64,000 nucleotides of DNA from the human T2T-CHM13v2.0 reference genome, Homo sapiens. The notes below the pieces were generated by a model. That model did not search any database and had not been told where the DNA came from. It worked only from the letters and a program-made list of their open reading frames with translations. The stretch lies in assembly GCF_009914755.1 (NCBI RefSeq), contig NC_060938.1; one strand, 5' to 3'. Below are positions 55,366-64,000 of the stretch, in pieces. How positions within the stretch are numbered: the first letter of the stretch is position 1; every line of letters begins with the position of its first letter. The position numbers were made by a program, and so were the translations under genes.

Positions 55366-55907
55366 TGTATTCATGAGAGTTCTCCAGGCAGACAGAACAA
55401 TAGGATTTATGGGGCGGGGGAGAAGCGGGGGACAGATTTATTATAATGGAGGCTGAGAAGTCCTGCAACAGGCTATCTGCAAGCTGGAGGCCAAGGAGGC
55501 TGGGAATGTGGCTCAGTCTGAGTCCGGAAGCCTCAGAGCCAAAGAAGCTGATGGTGTAGCCCTCAGTGGGAGGCCAAAGGTCAGAAAAACTGATGGGCCA
55601 CTCGGCAACTCCTGGGAGCCAAAGTCCAGAGAACCTGGGTTCTGATGTTCAAGAGCAGGAGAAGAAGGGCGTCTCAGGTCCAGGAGAAAGAAAGAGATAA
55701 TTCACCTTTCCTCTGTTTTGTTCTATCTGGGCCCTCAGAGAATTAGTTGGTGCCCACCCCCGTTGAGCGCAAATCTTTACTCAGTCCACTGACTCAAAAG
55801 GAGGCGTCTCCTGGCAACACCCATATAGACACGCCCAGAAACTGCTCTGCCAGTTGTCTGGGCCTCCCACAATCCAGTCAAGTTGACACCTGAACTTCAC
55901 CATCACA
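55366..55907 (-). mobile_element. MLT2B-type ERVL solo LTR
   Basis: ATGGAGGCTGAGAAGTCC, TCTGCAAGCTGGAG and TCAAGTTGACAC through CCATCACA. Confidence 0.85.
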
Positions 55908-56239
55908 CCAGACAACTGCTCTGATCGTCAGAGCAGCCAGGGGCCTCCCTTGGCCATAGCCAGCCTAGGTGGTTGAGATGAAGATGGGCTGGAGGCCAAG
56001 GGGGCAGGGCAGTCATCATACCATCCGCAGGGGCTAGTCAAGTGCCCTCCTCAGACCAGACCCAGCCTCGACACTTTAAATAAATTTTCCCTAATTGTAT
56101 CAATAAATACAAAGCAGTTTTTCTAGTTAGAAAGGACACAGAAAGTTCTAGAAACTTGTCCAACCTCAGACTCCCTGTCAGCTCTGTCTGCCCTGTCATC
56201 TATGCCCCCTCTACTCTAGCAGAACATGTGACTGGCATC

Positions 56240-56640
56240 CAAAGACAAGACTTGGTGCTCATGTGCCCCTTACAAGCTGTAACTCAGGCGAGCACACGTC
56301 TCTGAGCCTCAGTGTCCCTACCTGCCACAATGGAGGTTACAATTCCTGCCTTCGCGTGGTCTTTGGTGGACTCAGAAGGACAGTGCTTATGCGAGAGAGC
56401 TTTGAACCACAAAGGCAATAACTGTGCAGGAGTTATTCTCAGTGCTGTTTCTGCCCACAGAGGCATCTCCCCTTGTTTCTCTGTAAGAGTATAGCAGTGG
56501 ACATTCACTGATGGCCCATTGATCCTCAGAGTACATCTCTCTTATCTATGAGATTCAGAGAGGGGAAGCAAAAAGCCTGGAGTCACACAGCAAGCCAGGA
56601 GTCTGTGGGTGTCTAGTCCCAGATCTGGAGCCCTCGCTCA
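56240..56640. mobile_element. Two oppositely oriented MIR remnants
   Basis: CTCTGAGCCTCAGTG (+) and GAGATTCAGAGAGGGG...GTCACACAGCAAG (-). Confidence 0.6.
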
Positions 56641-57636
56641 GCTGCACTTCTGCAAGATGCCTCTTCTCCCAGGCCTTTCAGCTGCCACCTTCCGCTCAGT
56701 TAGTCCAATCCTGACTGACAAGACACAGCCAGTTTCTGAGGAAGGCTGCTGCGTTTACACTGCGAGCTGCGGCCCAAGACCCCAGATCTCACTCCAGGCT
56801 CCTGGGATGTTCCTGGGGTTTTCCATGACTTGGGAACCTCACACAGAGTGGGAACCATGGGTCTCTGGGCTTGGAGAAAGAATACTTTTTGATGTGGCCT
56901 TAGCCCCATGTCCATGAGCCCAGCGGTCGTTCAGCCACCAGACTCAGCTTTTCCTCACTGAATAAAGGGGTCATTTTTCCCTGGCTGCCGAACCAGAATT
57001 GCCTTGACTTGCACTGAACTTCAGCTAATAATCAGAACCAGGCTTGGGGAGGGGGTGCAGAAGGTGGAATGACATGGTCATTCCGACTTAAAAGAAACAT
57101 TTTAGGTTCACACTTGCCAAGTTAGGAAGAAAACCAACCTTAGATCCCTTCCCCCCCACCAATACTCCTTTCCCCAAACACCGTCCCCACCCGCCTCTAT
57201 GTTTAATTGAATTTTTATTTGTGATATATAGAAAACCTAACCCATGGCTGTCATGCTGAGTGTCATTTGGCTTCAAGCTCGAACCAGGGCACAGCTTGGC
57301 CTGGAACCCTGAGACAAGATGCTGGCCTCAGAAGGTGGGGCTCACGTCTTCTGGATCCCCATTTACTGGCAACAGTTGGGTTTGTCAAAGGGCTGCCCAA
57401 ATTGTGCTTGGCTCAGATCTGGGTGAATCATCCCTTTTCTTCTGGGAGCCCAGTGGCTTACATGTGGATCTGGAGAGACAATCAGGGAAAGCAGGAATAA
57501 CACAAAGCTACCATCATCTAGTGTGTCAGTGCTCATTTTACGTTCAGAGCTACCACACGATCTACCCTGTCCTTTCTCTCTGCTTAGAAGTGTTCTCAAC
57601 CTTCCTGTCTCAGTCCAGTTGGCACTATTGCTTGAT

Positions 57637-58103
57637 TGTAGTAACAGACCTGATTTGTCAAAGCCTCTCTGTGTCCAAGCCCTTGGGTGCCTCCCACGCT
57701 GACTCAGGACTGTGGCTTGTTTGGTGAATGAAACAACAGCCTATGTGATTGATGATGCAAATACCGGAATATATAAGACCTAAAAAATGCCTGGCAGTAG
57801 GTTTGCCCTCAGGAGTTCTGACTGGTATGCAGGTAAACAGGCTCAACTAACCTGCTGGAGGGATAGAGACAAACACGAAGAGAGACTCTAGGCTCCCTAA
57901 ACAAGGACATCCGAATCCAGCCAAGTGCAGCCAGCACACTAGCTGATCACATATTCATGAATGGGCAAGTCCAGCCTTACCTGGAAGAAGTGCCCAGCTA
58001 AGCCAGCCCAAACTGCCAAAGTGAAGACTTGTGAGTTAAATTGCTACTGTTTAGGGCAACAAGATCCGAGTCGGTTTGTTACATAGCACTTCTAACTGAT
58101 ACA
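57637..58103 (+). mobile_element. MLT1G/H-type LTR
   Basis: CCCAGCTAAGCCAGCCCAAACTGCC, GGTTTGTTACATAGCA and AACTGATACA. Confidence 0.7.
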
Positions 58104-58149
58104 CTTAGTCTATGGAGCTTCCAATGGCTGCCAGGCTGGGATTTTTGTT

Positions 58150-59710
58150 TCTTTTCTATGCCCTACCACACTTGCTATGGTCCTCTGTTTACTTGTTGGT
58201 CTCTCCAATTAGACTGTAAGCTCCACCAGTGCAGGTGCCATATGTCTGTTGGTCACAGTTGAAACCCATCATCTGCCATAGATCATGACAGGTAGTAAAT
58301 ATTCAAAAAATACTCATCAAATCAATCAATGGCTGATTGAAGAAATCAAGCAGATCTGGTTCTGAGCCCCACCTCTTCCAGCATTGCTTTGTAACTTTCA
58401 TTTATACTATGTGACATCTCTGGGTCTTGGGTTCCTCATCTATAAAGCAAGGCTAAAAATTGCTGTATCATTACTGGGAGGGCCAAATGAGATGAAGCAT
58501 GTAGCTCCCCTAGGACTGTGCCAGGCTAATACTCAACAAAGGCGGTGACCAGGTCCAAACAAAGCCAATCTGAATCCTATGAGCTGGTGGGTGTATTGCA
58601 ATTTTCTCAATGAATAACCCTTGGCCACGATTTGTTGGCATCAGTTGTGCTTTCAAAGTGGGAAACTTTACATTGAGACACACGTGAAGGTATCAAATTT
58701 ATAAGAGAGAAGAATAGAGAAGAAAAGGTGCATCAAACATGTTTCATGTGTTTGTTTACTCCAGAAAGAGGGGCTGGCATGCACAAATACCCTAGAGCAA
58801 GAAGGCTCCTAACATGTTCAAGGAACTGAAATCAAATATGATTGCAGCTGAGTATGAGAAGAACATCCTAGAAGCTGAGGCAGGAGAGGTGGGCAGGGGA
58901 CAGATCATAGGAGCCTTGTAGGTCGTTCAAAATATTCTTATTTCTTTCCCTATACAGCTATGGAAAACTAAGAAAAGATTTTGAAAAGATGCCTTCTAGC
59001 CCATGTTTAAATCTAGTTCACATGGCAGAACCAGCAGCCAGGACTTCTAAGAAAAACATGCCACTGTGTCTCGTGTTGCCCAGGTACCCCTGCTTTGCTG
59101 CAGACAGTATCAGCCGTTTGAACCACCCTGTGTCATTTGCAAGCCACATGCTCATGAATGATCCAGTGGAGCCTCCACGCATCTGTAAAACAGAAATAAC
59201 AACACCAAAACCAGCACTACAACAAGGACAAAGGCCAACACTTTTTGGATCCTGTCTGTGATCCTGCTGTTCTAAGTGCTTTATCTCTCTCATCCCCATG
59301 AATCCCACCTAATCCACACAGCCAACCCTTAGAGAAAGTCTGAGGTGCTGGGCACTGCTCTAAAAGTGGTGCAAGTATTGACTCATCTCATTCTCACAGC
59401 AACCCTAGGAGTTAGTCATGACGGCTACCTGTGTTCCACAGATTCGGAAACTGAGCTCGAGACAGGGTCAGTGTTCTGCCAAGGTCTCAGTGTGCAAAGC
59501 TGAGATTTGGCTCAGAGAAATCTGGCTCAGTGGTCAACGTCCTTAGCAACTGGAAGCATCATCCAAGGGGTAGATGACACATCACTCTTGTAAGGAATGT
59601 GATAATGTGACACACACAGGTCATATGGCTGGTACATGGTGGGGTGGGGGCGCTGAGATTTAAACTCAGGGAGGTTGAAGGCAGACCAGGCTTTTAATCA
59701 CCACTGTATA
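58150..59710. mobile_element. Cluster of L2 and MIR remnants
   Basis: TAGACTGTAAGCTCCA (L2, +), TTCCTCATCTATAAA (MIR, +), CAGATTCGGAAACTGAG (MIR, -). Confidence 0.6.
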
Positions 59711-60604
59711 CATCACATTGATCATCAACATTTGAAAAATACTTTAGGCATTCGAGCATACAGGGCTGAATGTTCGCGTACATGAGTCATGCATGTGTGC
59801 ATATGAAATATGTATTCATTTTTTACTTATCTGTTTTCTTTGAGGCCCATGGAAGAACTCGCTAGTGGAAACTGTCAACATTGACTAGCTATCATGAGCC
59901 AGGACTGATGGGATGACGTGAGCAGAGGACACCATTATTTTGTGCTTCATCAAAGTTGCAAGCTTAATAAGTGACAAAGTGGGGTCCAAAACCCAATTGT
60001 AAGTCCACTACCCTATTAGATTTCTCATGGGGGCAGAGGAGAAAAGATTGCATATTTGCATATCAGGGCAGCTTCATTGCTTTGCACATTTGATTTTAAT
60101 ATTTGTAATAAACATCCTCTGATGATCTACATCTCCAGATTTGAGAAGCCTAAGGATGAGACAGTGATAGACAATCAGTCCAGCCACCAGCATCCCGTTG
60201 GTACAGTTAAGTCTAAGGAGGGGCAGGTGCACAGCTGGGAGGCTCCAGCCAGCCTAAACACACAGACTGAGACAGGACTTGGGGGCATGGAGGCCAGACC
60301 GTGAACTCAGGGCAGCGTGACCTTTTGGGTGTCACTAATTCACCACCTTGGCTTGCACAACAGTCCATTGGTCTTGCATCAAAACCTCAAAACCTCCGTC
60401 CTCTCTCGCATACCCACTTACATGTTGGCAAAGGTTGGAATGTCTGCCGAGAAACCTGGTGGATAGCCTCCCTTTTCCACACTCACAGAAGGAGCTTTGA
60501 CAGTTCAGGCCTTCTTGAAAAGTTAGAAAACTGTCCTGGGTAGTGAGTATATCTATGAGAATTTGGAGGTAAAGTCTTTTTTTACAAGAATGTTAACTGA
60601 ACTA

Positions 60605-61629
<1,025 letters not shown>

Positions 61630-62177
61630 TACTTACCGGGCATGACCCCAGGGATGGTGGTGCTAATTAAAACCATGCATATCTCCTGCCCTCAAGGAAC
61701 TTAGGCTGAACTGGAGAGACAGATACAGGGGAGGGAGGGTTCTGAGCAACACTGCCCAGTGACAGGAGTATCCAGAAGGCAGGGACCATAAAGGATCACA
61801 GTGCAAGGGGCTTGCAAGGATCCCAGAGGATCCTGGTGGGGTGAGGTGAGCTGGTATCCCAGGTTTTGCTGAGGATGTGCTATTTTCCAGGGATGCATGG
61901 TAGAGATGCCAGGTTCAGGTCTGAGGCAGGTCTCAACAGTCGATCATATTTTGGTGGGAAAGAGAATGCAAAAGCATCATTTGGGGACTTATTCCTAACT
62001 CCTCATGGCTTCCTAGGACTGGAATGGAAAGTGCCATCCCTCAGCCAGATGGGGCTTTTGAGTGGAAGAGCGGAGGAGTGGGGAAGGGCTCTTGTCCTCC
62101 TGCTCCATCTCTTGGGCAACTCCTGGAAACCCTGAGGGAGAAAGTATCACCATGGGCCCCATGGCAAGGGTGGCCTC

Positions 62178-62736
62178 TGACAAATATGTTCTGCTAGTCC
62201 AAACTTCAGTCAAGCTTTTGGACCTTCTCTTAAGCCCATCTCTGTACTTCCTTGTAAAATCCAGTTTTATCAAAGAACCCTGCTAAGTCAGGTTAGCAAG
62301 AACCCATCACCCTTGATATCTGATCATCCTCAACCTCTGATCAAGTTCCTCATCTTCCATCATCCCCTGGGTGTTGCCTGATCACCCTGGCTTGTCTTTA
62401 GTGAGAATCCTGCATACATCACATTGATCATCAACATTTGAAAAACGCATGAGGCATGAGAGTCTACGGGGTGAATGGACATCTACATGAGTGGGTTGCT
62501 TTGGCCAGAATCCTCCCCGCTGACGTTTTATCTTAGTACCTCTGCATCCACTGACCCTGCCCTGCTCCTTGGCCATAAATTCTCATTGGCTCATGCTGTA
62601 TTTAGAGCTGAGCCCAATCTCTGTCCCTGACTAAAAATCTCATTGCAGGGGTCCTCGTGCTTATTGTGATGGTCCTAAGCATGGGCCACCTACTGTGCTT
62701 TCACGAGTGTCATTGAATCTTTTTTTTTTTTAAACA
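62178..62736 (+). mobile_element. MER31-type ERV1 solo LTR carrying a foreign ~80-bp insert
   Basis: TGACAAA...TAAACA termini; repeated AAGAATCCTG/CTGATCA units; perfect 4-bp TSD CCTC at 62174-62177 and 62737-62740. Confidence 0.85.
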
Positions 62737-63576
62737 CCTCACAGTTGAAGCAGGATCACACAGGGGACTGGGTAATTTCAGATATCTGAAATTACTTCCC
62801 TCCTCAAAGGCTCAGTAAAAGCTTGAATGGGTCCACCAACTGCTAGGACACCTAGTACAGTCCTCTGACATCTAAAGCCCTCTTTTTATTTCAGTGACTC
62901 AGAATCCAGGCCCCTGGACATTTCTCCAGCCACACTGCCAGCCACAGGGCTCTCTTCTCCAGGGCTGTGGGCTGTCCTGGGGCTGTCTCACTCTCAGCTC
63001 TCAGAGACCAGCAGAGCTGCCTTTTCCTGTCCTGCTGGTTTCTGGGTCTCTTCCCTAACAAGACCCAGAGCAGTTTGGCCTACTTTGGAGGAGAACAGCC
63101 CAACGGACTGAGCGATGGGAGGAAGTGATAAGTGCAGCTGTCTCTTCAGCCCATGGCTTCTTCCTCTGGGGAGACTGAGGTTCTCACGGTGCCTGCAAGG
63201 CTGTGGGAGCCGGGACCTGCCCTTAAAGTTAGTCTCCAGCTGGGGGAGGTTTCCCTGAGCTGAGCCCTAGATAAGTGTGGCAGATAAAAAGAAGAGCCAG
63301 AAAGGACTGGTTTTGTCTGGGTTGGCTTTTGAGAGGGACTTTACTGCTCTCTGGGGGTGTAGAAATAAACTGTCTCATGCCAGATTGGCCTCCACATTGT
63401 CAAATTTAGGCTGGGAAGATTTTCCTTCCTGGCTTAGACTCGAGTGCCCTGAGAAGAGACAGAAAAGGGGACTAGAGATCATTGCATTTCTCAGGTCTTT
63501 GCCAAGCGAGGGACTCGTCCGGTCTAAACACATTAAGGAAATGCATCTCAATTCATCTTCATAACTTGCAGCTAAA

Positions 63577-63771
63577 GCCAGCTTCTCAGCCTTGGCTCTG
63601 TCGACTTTTTGGGTTGGATAATCCTTTGCCGTGGGGACTGTCCCATGTATTATAGGATGCCCAGCAACATCTCTTGCCTCTACCCACTAGATGTCAGTTG
63701 CACTTTCCTCCTCCAGTAGCGCCAATCAAAATGTCTCCTGGGGCACGATTGCCCCCAGTGGAGAGTCACTG
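63577..63771 (+). mobile_element. MER20 (hAT-Charlie)
   Basis: TTCTCAGCCTTGGC, CCTCTACCCACTAGATG and GCCCCCAGTGGAGAGTCACTG. Confidence 0.85.
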
Positions 63772-64000
63772 GGCTATCAGTAAAGAACATCAGAGATCAC
63801 TGAGCATGATGCTAAGAGGACTTGCCCACCACTCCACAGCTTTGACAAGAGTCAAACCCAGGACATTTTGTTATTCTTGTCTTTCCTTTTCATGCCTCAT
63901 GCTGCCTGAGTTCAGGAAACCCTAATTTCTCTGAGTGTATTCCCTCAACTGGAAAGGAAGTTCAGAGCTTTTACCTTAAGGGGTGATTATACAAATCAAA

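Noticed and set aside
57260-57727. 155-aa plus-strand ORF
   Set aside because: Non-ATG start; runs into the MLT1 LTR; no domain

Overview
Primate genomic DNA, most likely human or great ape (AluJ/S/Y, L1PA7/8, MLT, MER and Tigger elements). It is non-coding and repeat-dominated. I recognise no known protein-coding gene, rRNA, tRNA or CRISPR array. The ORF track is mostly Alu, L1 or microsatellite artefact and chance ORFs; the only recognisable protein relics are decayed L1 ORF1/ORF2 and a Tigger2 transposase N-terminus. The left half (~0.7-34 kb) is nested, almost entirely minus-strand L1. The right half is MIR/L2/LTR/DNA-transposon sequence with unique islands that look regulatory. I cannot support a new biological system. 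Best leads: (1) a candidate minus-strand spliced transcript (exons ~49940-49848, 41480-41089, 37890-37708 inside MER45B, last exon from 36543), whose 392-nt exon is open in one frame end to end; (2) several locally templated copying scars, namely an ~80-bp insert in MER31 copied from 2.7 kb upstream (32 bp identical, the rest 69%), a 26-bp exact repeat 2 kb apart, and a perfect 22-bp hairpin inside a tail-less L1 fragment; (3) one L1-endonuclease site used twice. Repeat subfamily names come from recalled consensus features, and the edges of old elements are approximate; RepeatMasker/Dfam is needed to confirm both.
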